DNA of 64,000 nucleotides from IMG/VR virus record IMGVR_UViG_3300021957_000019; one strand, given 5' to 3'. This document shows, in pieces, positions 1 through 9,492 of the stretch. The notes under the pieces were generated by a model that ran no database searches, had not been told where the DNA came from, and saw only the letters and a list, made by a program, of their open reading frames with translations. A program made the translations under genes and the position numbers. Position 1 is the first letter of the stretch. Each line of letters starts with the position of its first letter. This DNA is from an uncultured virus (IMG/VR IMGVR_UViG_3300021957_000019). Taxonomy: Duplodnaviria; Heunggongvirae; Uroviricota; Caudoviricetes.

Positions 1-160
1 CACCAACACCGACTACCACTCCGTCAATTACTCCGTCAATCACCATAACCCCTACGATTACGCCGTCAATTACAGTAACTCCTACGATTACACCATCAAT
101 TACAGTAACTCCAACAATAACACCAACTATAACGGTAACTCCAACTCCAACACCACCACC
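1..160 (+). repeat. Pro/Thr-rich coding tandem repeat (TPSITVTPTI-like units)
   Basis: Degenerate ~30-nt units such as ccgtcaattacagtaactcctacgattaca encode a PT linker. Confidence 0.85.
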
Positions 161-938
161 GTGTGTGGAAGTAAATATAGACACCATCTCTGTCGGTGAC
201 CCGTTGGAAGATGTTAACGTATTCTTAGGTTATATGGCTACAGAGGGGTCAGGGGCGTATCAGAGTATCTGTGATTTAATAAATTGCGGTTCAATAGATG
301 ATATTGGTTTCGGTAGTACGTTATTAGATTGTCCAATTTCAATTCCTACTTTATCGGGATTACCCACAACTGTGGGTTCGTGTGTTGAGGTTCAATTTCC
401 TGAGGGGGGAGAATGTACCACATATACACAATCAAGTTTTAATGAAGACTGTGTTCCTCCGGCATTTGCAAGTCAAGAATTATATATGGCGGTCACTTCA
501 GAATCGGGCACAACGATTTATACGCTTACTGATTGTGGAGGTGGTATGGCAGTAGAATTATATGGTACTTGTGATTATGATGGATTAGGTAGTGGTATTG
601 TAGGGTATAACGTACAATTAAATGGTAGTGGTCAATGGGTTATCAACGGTGAGGTAGAACCTGATTTAACATTAGAGTGTGGAGTTGAGTATCAATTCCA
701 TATATGTAGTAGTGGTTCGACAACTCAGTTTTGGATGGCAGACCAATATAATATCTCATCAGAGTCTCAACCCAATGGTACAGACGCATTAGGGGCATCT
801 GATGGTGTTGATAATAACGGAGCCTACGTTTCAACAATAGTAATGAACTTTAGTTCTGCAGGAACCAATGGCGGTTACTGGTATGGTTATAATGGTGTTG
901 ATGGGTCTGCGGGACAAATAACAGTAACAGGTTGCTAA
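1..938 (+). CDS. C-terminal part of a Pro/Thr-linker, Cys-rich virion/fibre-like protein (starts upstream of the window)
   Basis: The frame is open from nt 3 (PTPTTTPSITPSITITPTITPSITVTP...PPPCVEVNIDT), so the track's GTG at 165 is internal. The C-terminal 'PDLTLECGVEYQFHI...YWYG' resembles beta-sandwich modules of phage structural proteins. Confidence 0.6.
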   Translation, partial: PTPTTTPSITPSITITPTITPSITVTPTITPSITVTPTITPTITVTPTPTPPPCVEVNIDTISVGDPLEDVNVFLGYMATEGSGAYQSICDLINCGSIDDIGFGSTLLDCPISIPTLSGLPTTVGSCVEVQFPEGGECTTYTQSSFNEDCVPPAFASQELYMAVTSESGTTIYTLTDCGGGMAVELYGTCDYDGLGSGIVGYNVQLNGSGQWVINGEVEPDLTLECGVEYQFHICSSGSTTQFWMADQYNISSESQPNGTDALGASDGVDNNGAYVSTIVMNFSSAGTNGGYWYGYNGVDGSAGQITVTGC

Positions 939-1292
939 ATGGAATTTTTTATTAAAAAAGATAGTGAACTACCCATACTTACTATGGAAGTTGTGGATGA
1001 CGGTAGAACTGATAATTATAAAAAATTTAATGAGGATTTAGTTAATGCGTCCATAAGATTCTCCATGAAACGAGAATCGGACGGGACACAAAAAATAATT
1101 ATGAACAATGCGTTTATAACCGAAAAATTATTAAACAATCCTGACTCCCCAAAAGAGTATTATATATACTATAAATGGTCTTTAAGGGACACTAATCAGT
1201 CTGGTAGGTTTATAGGTGAATTTACAATCACAACAAAAGACGGAGATTTAATATGTCCAATTAGAGAACAGTTATTTATTAATATAAATTGA
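939..1292 (+). CDS. small virion protein, BppU N-terminal-like (baseplate upper protein) domain
   Basis: 117 aa with the pattern F-IK-D-LP-L...Y-W---DT---G-F-GEF-I----G-L--P----L-I-I typical of BppU_N-like phage proteins. Confidence 0.5.
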   Translation: MEFFIKKDSELPILTMEVVDDGRTDNYKKFNEDLVNASIRFSMKRESDGTQKIIMNNAFITEKLLNNPDSPKEYYIYYKWSLRDTNQSGRFIGEFTITTKDGDLICPIREQLFININ

Positions 1293-1317
1293 CTATCGTT
1301 TAAAAAGTCCATATACT
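1289..1317 (+). promoter_or_regulatory. sigma70-like promoter for the DNA polymerase gene
   Basis: TTGACT (1289-1294), a 17-nt spacer and TATACT (1312-1317), about 70 nt upstream of the ATG at 1388. Confidence 0.6.
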
Positions 1318-1387
1318 TTAATCAATACTAAGAGTAATCATATCATTACGATATGAGGATAATATCTCAAGTGTAAAAATTAAAATT

Positions 1388-4147
1388 ATGGTATCTCAAG
1401 AAGAAATTGAACAGTTCCTCCACGGAGAGGACGAAGAAAAGTATATAGTCGCGTTAGAGTACGACTACAGGTCAAATAAGATTTTTAAAGTCATTCAAGA
1501 CCCACTCAAAGGAAAGCAAATTAAATCAGAAACATTTATCCCGTTTGCATGGGTTGGAGACTTAAAAGGTAAGAACTTTTATAACGGTTCCAAATATGCA
1601 CAAAAGGAAGCCATGTCCAAACATGGTATTATCATCGAAAAGTTAGATACTCGTGGTGATGAAAGAATGGAACAAGGTCTAAAGTATATGGTTAAAACAA
1701 CCAAAACTTACTCTAACCTCATAAACTTTTTTAAAATGGGTGGATTAGACCCATGGGATAGAGAAAATACAAACGCTATCGCAATATTATCACCAGTAGA
1801 ACAATATCTGTGTCAAAAGCAAAAACGTTTGTTTAAGGGGTTCGACGAGTATGATGAGGTTCACCGATTTGTATTCGACATCGAAACCACAGGTCTTGAT
1901 GCGACAAAGAATAAAATGTTCCTTATCGGTATGAAAGACAATCGAGGGTTTGAAAAGGTTATATCCGCCCAAAATGAAGAAGAAGAAAAACAAATGATAA
2001 TCGACTTCTTTAATACTATAAATTATCTAAAACCAACACTTATAGGGGGATATAACTCCGCGTTTTTCGACTTTCCTTTTATATTGACTCGTGCAACTAT
2101 ACTCGGTTTAGATATAAATAAAGTGGCGAAAACATTAAACCCTGAAAAAACATTAAGACAAAAGAACGGGATGCTCAAGTTGGCCAACGAGATGGAGGAC
2201 TATACCCAAACGATGATGTGGGGGTATAATATCGTAGATATTGCCCATGCAGTCAGACGAGCTCAAGCCATTAACTCGGACATCAAAAGTTGGGGTCTTA
2301 AGTATATCACCCAGTTTATCGGAGCAGAAAAAGAAAACCGTGTATATGTTAAGGGTGATAAGATTGGTAAAATCTATTTCGATAACAAAGACTACTACTT
2401 CAACCCCAAAACAGGTGGGTATAAAGAAATGGGTTCACCTGGCACAGAAAACCTTATGGAAAGATTTCCTGGTCATTACGAAAAAGTAAATGGAGAGTAT
2501 CTCATCGAAAGATACCTATATGACGATATTTGGGAAACTATGGTTGTTGATGAGGAGTTCAATCAAGCGAACTTCCTTCTTGCAAAACTTGTACCTACCA
2601 CATACGAAAGACTTTCCACAATGGGAACTGCGACACTATGGAAAATGATTATGATGTCTTGGTCGTACAAACACGGACTTGCAATACCAAAGAAAGGGGA
2701 CAAGCGTTCGTTTACAGGGGGTCTCTCACGACTATTACAGGTCGGGTACTCCACTGATGTACTTAAACTTGATTACTCGTCTCTATACCCCTCTATTCAA
2801 TTGGTACACGATGTATTCCCTAAGTGTGACGTTACAGGTGCGATGAAGAGTATGTTGAAGTATTTCCGTGATACTCGTATCAAGTACAAGAAACTGGCTT
2901 CTGACCATTATACTACCGACCCTAAGTTATCGTCACAATATAACCGTAAACAACTTCCTATTAAAATTTTTATTAACGCATTTTTTGGTTCGTTGTCCGC
3001 CCCACATGTATTTCCGTGGGGTGACATGGATATGGGTGAACAAATTACTTGTACGGGTAGACAATACCTTAGACAGATGATTATGTGGTTTATGCAGAGA
3101 GGGTATGAACCACTCGTTATGGATACTGATGGTGTTAACTTCTCAGTTCCTGAAGGTCGTGATTCGCACACATACATAGGAAAAGGATTAAACGGTTTGG
3201 TTGAGAAGGATAAAGAATATTCGGGGTCTGAAGCTGATGTTGCGGAGTATAATGATTTGTTTATGAGAGATGAAATGGGTCTTGATACTGATGGACAATG
3301 GCCGGCAACAATTAATGTTGCCCGTAAAAACTACGCTCTACTCACGGATAAGGGAAAAGTGAAATTAACAGGTAACACTATTAAATCTAAAAAACTACAG
3401 ACATACGTTGCCGAGTTTTTGGATTCGGGTCTTAGTATGTTGTTGGACGGTAAAGGTCAGGAGTTTTTGGATTCTTATTACGATTACGTAGGTAAACTTT
3501 ATAATCGTGAAATACCGATTGCAAAAATTGCAAATAAGGCGAGGGTAAAGCAAAGTATTGAGGAATATAAAGTTCACATCACAAAAAGAACTAAGTCAGG
3601 GTCATTCATGTCTCGTCAAGCACATATGGAACTTGCAATGGCAAATGGCCTTAGTGTCGGTCTTGGGGATACTATTTACTACGTAAATAACGGTACTCGT
3701 AAATCACATGGTGACGTACAAAAGAAAAAAGACGAGGTGGTAATTAATTGTTATCACGTAGATGAAAAGGACATTGAACAAAACCCTGATAAGTTGGGTG
3801 AATATAATGTCCCTCGTTATGTCACAGCATTTAACAAACGTATCGAACCTCTATTGGTTGTTTTTTCACCTGAGATTAGGGATGAGATACTTGTCGAAAA
3901 TCCTGATGATAGACCGTTATTTACTAAAACACAAACAAAACTTGTTAGGGGATATCCAAGAAAGGACGGTGACCAAGACACTTTAGATGAGGTATTAACT
4001 CTATCGGATACAGAACAAATTTTTTGGAAATCTGTGGGAATAGACCCATACTACATGTATGTAGACAACACTATGGATTTAGTAGATAAAGAATATGTAA
4101 ATAAGAACAAGAGTATTATGAGTTCTTTAACCCATCAGATGACATAA
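1388..4147 (+). CDS. family B DNA polymerase with 3'-5' exonuclease
   Basis: ExoI FDIETTG, ExoII GYNSAFFDFPFI, ExoIII YLYDD; polymerase motifs LDYSSLYPS, KIFINAFFG, MDTDG and RKNYA. Confidence 0.96.
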   Translation: MVSQEEIEQFLHGEDEEKYIVALEYDYRSNKIFKVIQDPLKGKQIKSETFIPFAWVGDLKGKNFYNGSKYAQKEAMSKHGIIIEKLDTRGDERMEQGLKYMVKTTKTYSNLINFFKMGGLDPWDRENTNAIAILSPVEQYLCQKQKRLFKGFDEYDEVHRFVFDIETTGLDATKNKMFLIGMKDNRGFEKVISAQNEEEEKQMIIDFFNTINYLKPTLIGGYNSAFFDFPFILTRATILGLDINKVAKTLNPEKTLRQKNGMLKLANEMEDYTQTMMWGYNIVDIAHAVRRAQAINSDIKSWGLKYITQFIGAEKENRVYVKGDKIGKIYFDNKDYYFNPKTGGYKEMGSPGTENLMERFPGHYEKVNGEYLIERYLYDDIWETMVVDEEFNQANFLLAKLVPTTYERLSTMGTATLWKMIMMSWSYKHGLAIPKKGDKRSFTGGLSRLLQVGYSTDVLKLDYSSLYPSIQLVHDVFPKCDVTGAMKSMLKYFRDTRIKYKKLASDHYTTDPKLSSQYNRKQLPIKIFINAFFGSLSAPHVFPWGDMDMGEQITCTGRQYLRQMIMWFMQRGYEPLVMDTDGVNFSVPEGRDSHTYIGKGLNGLVEKDKEYSGSEADVAEYNDLFMRDEMGLDTDGQWPATINVARKNYALLTDKGKVKLTGNTIKSKKLQTYVAEFLDSGLSMLLDGKGQEFLDSYYDYVGKLYNREIPIAKIANKARVKQSIEEYKVHITKRTKSGSFMSRQAHMELAMANGLSVGLGDTIYYVNNGTRKSHGDVQKKKDEVVINCYHVDEKDIEQNPDKLGEYNVPRYVTAFNKRIEPLLVVFSPEIRDEILVENPDDRPLFTKTQTKLVRGYPRKDGDQDTLDEVLTLSDTEQIFWKSVGIDPYYMYVDNTMDLVDKEYVNKNKSIMSSLTHQMT

Positions 4148-4448
4148 TATACCACCCATCTCTTAAAAATCTTAATTCTACAGATGCTCCTGAATCGAGT
4201 TGTATCTCATCATACTCATCATCTATAGAGTAATCTGCAACTATCAAAACATCACAAAGAGCTTTTATTGTTATATTTTCTGTTGTTGTTGAATCTAACT
4301 CAATTCTACAAACCTTTAAATCTTTAACAATAATTGCACTTTCACCATTTGTTTTGTAAACTGAATTACTTAATAAAGTCGCATCTGAAGTCTTAATTGT
4401 TATCCCATTAATTATTTTGGTAACTGGTGTTGATTTAAAAATAGCCAT
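4116..4448 (-). CDS. hypothetical protein, probably a small beta-rich virion protein
   Basis: 110-aa ORF directly downstream of the neck gene on the same strand. It overlaps the polymerase 3' end by 32 nt and ends in an 'IDD...L...SVEL....GWYI' beta-rich pattern. Confidence 0.55.
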   Translation of the reverse strand: MAIFKSTPVTKIINGITIKTSDATLLSNSVYKTNGESAIIVKDLKVCRIELDSTTTENITIKALCDVLIVADYSIDDEYDEIQLDSGASVELRFLRDGWYIMSSDGLKNS

Positions 4449-4449
4449 T

Positions 4450-5562
4450 TTAGATAGAGTAAAATTGTCTTGGGAACGCCCGATATTGTAATGATTTATT
4501 TAAATTTTCCGCTTCACTAGCCTGTCTTTCCATCATTTTGTCAGGTCTTAACCTTTCTAATCTCTGAGTTAGTTCCTCAATTAATTTAGATTTTTCGTCT
4601 TTAGCTTCAGTTAATAAAGAATCATATTCTAATTGTATCTCCGAGTCAGGTGTTTTTAGATTACCCTGATATTTTCCTCTAACTCGACCTAATGATTCTT
4701 TTACATATGATGTGAACCACCTTCTTACCCATGTCTGTGCAGGATTATTTAATTCGTCCCACAACATTTCGTCTATTGGTATATCTGAAGGTAACCTAAC
4801 AATATCAGGATTTTCAGCTAAACAACTATCCCTATCATCGGTTTCATAATACCAATACCATACTTTATATTGATTATTTTCGAGATTTCCGAAATCGAAC
4901 TTACCTCCAGGTACGTTCATTAGGTGTATTGCCTTTTTACCACCAGGAAGTGCTGTGACTCTATAAGTTAATTCTCCCGCGATAATTCTTCTTTTAATAT
5001 TAATATCCTGCATTCTTAACAAGATATCAAAAGCGGGGGTGATAAAATAATTACCTGTAGTCCCCATTTGTGAGAAACCTGCACCACCACCTAAACCTCC
5101 ACCACCAAAACCACCAAAACCACCCATAAATGGGTCAAAATAAGCGGCGTCTAATTCCGCTCGACTAAACCATAAAAGCTCATTTAATTCTCTTCCTTTA
5201 GGTATCTCATAAATTTGTTGTCCAGCAACCAAGTTGATATAGTCTTTCTTTAATACGGAATCTCCACCCGCTTGTAGACCCACAATCTTAGAATAAGCGT
5301 AAGTATATTGTGTTTCCCAATCTAAACTTCGACTAATAAAAGCTCTAGTTAATGACTGTTCATCTAAATTTAAACCATATAATGAGGTCCACTGTGACTC
5401 TATTAACCAATCATTAACATATTGAGCGTAGTCTTGGATGGACAACTCTAATAATGAGTCCATCATCTCATCGGTTATCTCAACACCTCTTATAGGTGCA
5501 CCTAATAGGTGTTTTATTCTAGTAAATAATTTACTTCTTTGTGGTTCAGTTATTGCAGACAT
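4450..5562 (-). CDS. neck/head-completion protein (T4 gp13-like)
   Basis: N-terminal 'IKHLLGAPIRGVEITDEMMD' and C-terminal 'WVRRW...KESLGRVRGKY...EAKDEK..L.EEL' match gp13-family hallmarks. Confidence 0.8.
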   Translation of the reverse strand: MSAITEPQRSKLFTRIKHLLGAPIRGVEITDEMMDSLLELSIQDYAQYVNDWLIESQWTSLYGLNLDEQSLTRAFISRSLDWETQYTYAYSKIVGLQAGGDSVLKKDYINLVAGQQIYEIPKGRELNELLWFSRAELDAAYFDPFMGGFGGFGGGGLGGGAGFSQMGTTGNYFITPAFDILLRMQDINIKRRIIAGELTYRVTALPGGKKAIHLMNVPGGKFDFGNLENNQYKVWYWYYETDDRDSCLAENPDIVRLPSDIPIDEMLWDELNNPAQTWVRRWFTSYVKESLGRVRGKYQGNLKTPDSEIQLEYDSLLTEAKDEKSKLIEELTQRLERLRPDKMMERQASEAENLNKSLQYRAFPRQFYSI

Positions 5563-5582
5563 ATGCCGTTTTATTATAAATA

Positions 5583-7130
5583 TTAAGTATTATATAAATC
5601 CTCTTTATTAAAGACATACCTACCCCCTATTATCTCAGTATTACTATTATCGAATACCATTACACCTTTTTTGTTATTATGAAAAACTAACCAATCAGTT
5701 TTATAGGGTTTTATAACTCCTGTATCAAACATAATGATTTTACCATCGTCTTCTTTATAATACTTAAATGGTTTTATTTGGGCTGTTTTATCACCTTCAG
5801 GTGTTCTTATCACCGCATCAACTCCACCTATGGCATCGACGACACTACCCATCTCACCAACTTGTTTTACATTTCCATCACCAAAAATCTTATTTAAAAG
5901 TTTGACAGAATTTTGTTCAGTTCTGTCACCTTGTTTGTGTCTTCTGTTAACAGTCTTATACATATTCGTTAACGTTTTTGATGCGTGTCCAAATAATCTT
6001 GTTTTAAAATTTCTTATATAACCAATAAATCTATAAACCTCTTTTATTTGTTGACTTTCACTTTTACCTTTGAAACTAATCGGTTGGTGTCCATAATACT
6101 TTAACACCTTGTTCATATCATTCATTAATAGACAAAATGTCGTAGCATTGGTATTAATCTTATTTAGAACTGACCTTCCTGGTTCGACGACACCTTCATA
6201 CTCAAAATCATAAATACCTGATAGTTGGTCTCCTTGTTTTTCTCTCCAAAAATCTTTAAACATTTCCTTAAAGATTTCATCTATTGCCTTTCTATAAGAC
6301 CATTTAACTCTTGGGTTTTTATTGAATAAATCGATGGTTTCTTTTACATCCCTTGATGAGCACCCTGAACTTTCAGACTCAACTAACAACTCTTTGGGTT
6401 GTACTGATTCCGTCAAGGTTTCTTTATTTTGACTGTTATATAAGTCATTTACAAATGACCAATTAACCACCGACCAAAAGTTTTTTATATATTCATCTTT
6501 TTTATTTCTATATTTAAGGTAATATGAGTGTTCCCATAAGTCTAAACCTAATAATGGAAACCCACCTCCTTTAATTGTGTTCATAAGAGGGTTATCTTGA
6601 TTTGGGGTCGACATTATCTTCAATCTATTATTTTTGGTTAAAACTAACCAAACCCATCCTGAACCAAACCTTTTCTGAGCAACGGATTCAAATTTACTTT
6701 TAAAATTATTAAAAGACTTAAAGTCTTTAATTATCTTTTCATATATCTCTCCTGAACACCTTTGTTTTTTTGGACTTAACATCTTCCAAAATAACGCATG
6801 ATTAAATGCACCTCCAGCGTTGTTTTTGACTGTATAATCATACATTGATATTGTTTTTACAATATCTTCTAGGTTTTTATCTTTACCTTTCTTATCTTTA
6901 ATCGCTTTGTTAAGCTTTTCAACATATCCCTTATAGTGTTTGTTATAATGAACATTCATAGTTTCTTTATCTATAAAACGTTCAACGGCTGAATAAGAAT
7001 AAGGTAACCTTTCGATTCCTATTTTTTTCATTTCTTGAATTATTTGATTGGGTAACTTATTACTGATTCTTTCAGTAATAATACGGTTTTCTATCTCTCG
7101 TATTTTTTCTATTTTTGAATTGGTCCCCAT
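5583..7130 (-). CDS. sodA: Mn/Fe superoxide dismutase fused to a C-terminal PD-(D/E)xK-like domain
   Basis: SOD motifs LPYSY, HYNKHYKGYV, NNAGGAFNHALFW, FGSGWVWL, NQDNP and DLWEHSYY lie in aa ~40-230. About 280 further residues end in a G..tE...D..GVD...QIK pattern. Confidence 0.85.
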   Translation of the reverse strand: MGTNSKIEKIREIENRIITERISNKLPNQIIQEMKKIGIERLPYSYSAVERFIDKETMNVHYNKHYKGYVEKLNKAIKDKKGKDKNLEDIVKTISMYDYTVKNNAGGAFNHALFWKMLSPKKQRCSGEIYEKIIKDFKSFNNFKSKFESVAQKRFGSGWVWLVLTKNNRLKIMSTPNQDNPLMNTIKGGGFPLLGLDLWEHSYYLKYRNKKDEYIKNFWSVVNWSFVNDLYNSQNKETLTESVQPKELLVESESSGCSSRDVKETIDLFNKNPRVKWSYRKAIDEIFKEMFKDFWREKQGDQLSGIYDFEYEGVVEPGRSVLNKINTNATTFCLLMNDMNKVLKYYGHQPISFKGKSESQQIKEVYRFIGYIRNFKTRLFGHASKTLTNMYKTVNRRHKQGDRTEQNSVKLLNKIFGDGNVKQVGEMGSVVDAIGGVDAVIRTPEGDKTAQIKPFKYYKEDDGKIIMFDTGVIKPYKTDWLVFHNNKKGVMVFDNSNTEIIGGRYVFNKEDLYNT

Positions 7131-7170
7131 AATTTATTTTATCTATAAATAACGCGGAACATAAAATAAT

Positions 7171-8955
7171 TCATCTTTTTTCTGAAATCATATTCAGTAT
7201 TTCTTCCATTATATCACCCTTTCCTTCGTTATCACCCATAACTGTCTCAAAAATATTTTTCTTTTTGTTGAGTATATTGTATATGATACCTTCTATTGAA
7301 TTCTCAAAAATTGGGTAGTACACTGACACTGAAAATTTTTGACCGTATCTATAAGCCCTGTCTTCCGCCTGAGAATGGTCTGAGGGTACAAATGATAAAT
7401 CGTTCATTATAACTGCCTCAGCAGCTGTTAATGTTATACCGACACCCGCAGCTTTTAAATTACCCACAAAAACATTTATCTTTTCGTTGTTTTGAAATTC
7501 ATCCACTGAGTTTTGTCTCTGAGGTTTTGACATTTTACCATCAAGCTTAACCGCAGTTTTACCAAAATGGTCGGTAATCTTATTAAGTGTATCCGTAAAA
7601 TTAGTAAAAATTATAACTTTCTTTCCTTGGTCCACTATGTTCTGTGCCAACTCGATAGTATTTTTTATTTTACTCTCAGCAATAACCTGTCTCACTTTCA
7701 TTAATTTAGAGAACTGTATTGTGAGTGATGTGGACTCTTCAGATGAATTATACCAATCATAGTATTCTCCCATTAATTTTTCGTACTCTCTTGATTTCAA
7801 CTTTAAATAAACAGGTGTGATAATCTTTTCAGGTAAATCTAAAATATCTTCTTTCAACCTTCTCAAAACCTGCGGTTTTGTTCGGTCTCGGAGTTCTTCA
7901 AGATTAGAAGACCCTGAAACATTCCAAACTTTTTTTGCACCTACATTAAATTGGTATCCCTCACAATATCTTATTGCATATGCCATCCAGTTTTCGGCAA
8001 CGGGTGAGTCAACCAAATCTAAAAGATTATAATAATTCATGGGTCGTGAAGTCATCGGAGTTCCCGTTAACAACCATACTTTACCTACTTTTGTAGCTAT
8101 ATTGTTTGCAATTTTAGTCCTTGCCGCTTTAACGTTTTGTATATAATGAGCCTCGTCCATAACAACCAAATCAAAACCGTAATTTAAAATATCAGATTTG
8201 TCAGGGTGTTTTGGGTCATGAAAATTTTTGAGAATATCGTAATTTATTATTGTATAGTCCGAAGGTTCCCACTTCTTTCCGTCAATAATTGAAATCTCCT
8301 TATCGGTGTAGTTTTCTATCTCTCTTTGCCAATTTATTTTTAACGATGCGGGGCATATAATTAAAACCTTTTCAGAATCATTTTCTAAAGAAGCGATTAC
8401 TGTGGATGTGGTTTTACCAAGTCCCATGTCATCCGCTAAAATATATTTGTCGTTACCTACTAATTTTTCTATGGCTTCTATTTGATGTGATAGAGGAGGT
8501 CGATGATTATACTTTTCATAGTCTATATCGACCTCTTTTTGTCTATTCTTCTGAAGAGCAACTTTAGGTAACCAAATACTTGAAAGTTCCTCTTTATCAA
8601 AAAGTTTCCCCCATATATGGTATGACTTCTCTTTCTCGACTAAAAGTTTTTCAATATAAATCTTTTCAGGTTTTTTAGTTAAAAGTTTGTCATCCATTAA
8701 CTTTTGTGCAAAGTAACTATCTAACTCAACCCACCTTCTAGCAATTTTAGGAACTACTTTATTAAACTTTATTATGTAATCCGACTGAGCTCGTGTTAAC
8801 TTAAAATGATTAAATTTTCTCATTTTAACCTGAAGTTTTAGGATATAGTTATTGTATCCACTGTATTCCTCAAGAATACGTAGAGCCCTTACTTCAGGTA
8901 AGTTGTTTAGTGTTTTATTTTCCAATACGAGAGTAAATACAGTTAAATATAACAA
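7171..8955 (-). CDS. SNF2-family (SMARCAL1/HARP-like) helicase/translocase
   Basis: Motifs LADDMGLGKT, DEAH, LTGTP, GVGITLT and QAEDRAYRYGQ. The true start may be the TTG at 8925. Confidence 0.92.
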   Translation of the reverse strand: MLYLTVFTLVLENKTLNNLPEVRALRILEEYSGYNNYILKLQVKMRKFNHFKLTRAQSDYIIKFNKVVPKIARRWVELDSYFAQKLMDDKLLTKKPEKIYIEKLLVEKEKSYHIWGKLFDKEELSSIWLPKVALQKNRQKEVDIDYEKYNHRPPLSHQIEAIEKLVGNDKYILADDMGLGKTTSTVIASLENDSEKVLIICPASLKINWQREIENYTDKEISIIDGKKWEPSDYTIINYDILKNFHDPKHPDKSDILNYGFDLVVMDEAHYIQNVKAARTKIANNIATKVGKVWLLTGTPMTSRPMNYYNLLDLVDSPVAENWMAYAIRYCEGYQFNVGAKKVWNVSGSSNLEELRDRTKPQVLRRLKEDILDLPEKIITPVYLKLKSREYEKLMGEYYDWYNSSEESTSLTIQFSKLMKVRQVIAESKIKNTIELAQNIVDQGKKVIIFTNFTDTLNKITDHFGKTAVKLDGKMSKPQRQNSVDEFQNNEKINVFVGNLKAAGVGITLTAAEAVIMNDLSFVPSDHSQAEDRAYRYGQKFSVSVYYPIFENSIEGIIYNILNKKKNIFETVMGDNEGKGDIMEEILNMISEKR

Positions 8956-8976
8956 ATAACCGAATATTTATCAATA

Positions 8977-9492
8977 ATGAGTAAAAGAAAAATACCTATT
9001 ACAAGATTAGAAAAGTTTTTCGGTGCGGAGGACTTTGAGTTAGATATTGCAATGGGTCGTGAATGGCTTGAGGGGGATATGAACTTTAGACTTGTTCTTT
9101 ATCGAGTTGATAAACAAAAAACTAAAACTGATGATGTCTACGGAGAAACTGTTGAGGATGGTATAAAGTTTCATCCTCCTGTGGAGTTTCGTGGATATGT
9201 ACAAGTAGAACAACCCGAAAATCAAAATTACGGACAAAGTAGTATGTCTCAAATGGAGCCTGGTAATTTAAAGGTCGGTGTATACCAAGACACTTTAGAT
9301 GATTTAGATATTGAAATAGAATATGGTGATTATATCGGATACTATGAAACTGAGTCGAGGGTAAGATATTACTCAGTTGTTAATGACGGTAGAGTTGTTA
9401 GTGATAATAAACATACTTATGGAGGTTACAAACCGTTTTATCGTAGTATTGTGGCGTCACCTGTTAATGATAATGAATTTAGAGGATTATGA
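8977..9492 (+). CDS. head-closure/neck protein (gp14-like)
   Basis: 'LYRVD..KT..DDVYGE......F.PPVE' and 'L...I..GDYI' patterns; it lies between the neck and tail-terminator genes. Confidence 0.6.
   Translation: MSKRKIPITRLEKFFGAEDFELDIAMGREWLEGDMNFRLVLYRVDKQKTKTDDVYGETVEDGIKFHPPVEFRGYVQVEQPENQNYGQSSMSQMEPGNLKVGVYQDTLDDLDIEIEYGDYIGYYETESRVRYYSVVNDGRVVSDNKHTYGGYKPFYRSIVASPVNDNEFRGL

Noticed and set aside
1..160. Tandem repeats resembling a CRISPR array or VNTR
   Set aside because: They are degenerate at third codon positions and encode a Pro/Thr linker in frame. There is no repeat-spacer structure and no cas genes.
1388..4147. Intein or intron in the polymerase, helicases or RNR
   Set aside because: Lengths and motif spacing are normal, and no intein C-terminal HN or LAGLIDADG/HNH signatures were seen.
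1388..8955. Eukaryotic giant-virus or cellular origin suggested by PolB, SNF2 and SOD
   Set aside because: Sheath, tube, gp25/gp6 baseplate and neck genes, gp32-like SSB and bacterial-type terminators identify a tailed bacteriophage. Neck and replication genes also exclude a cellular contractile injection system.
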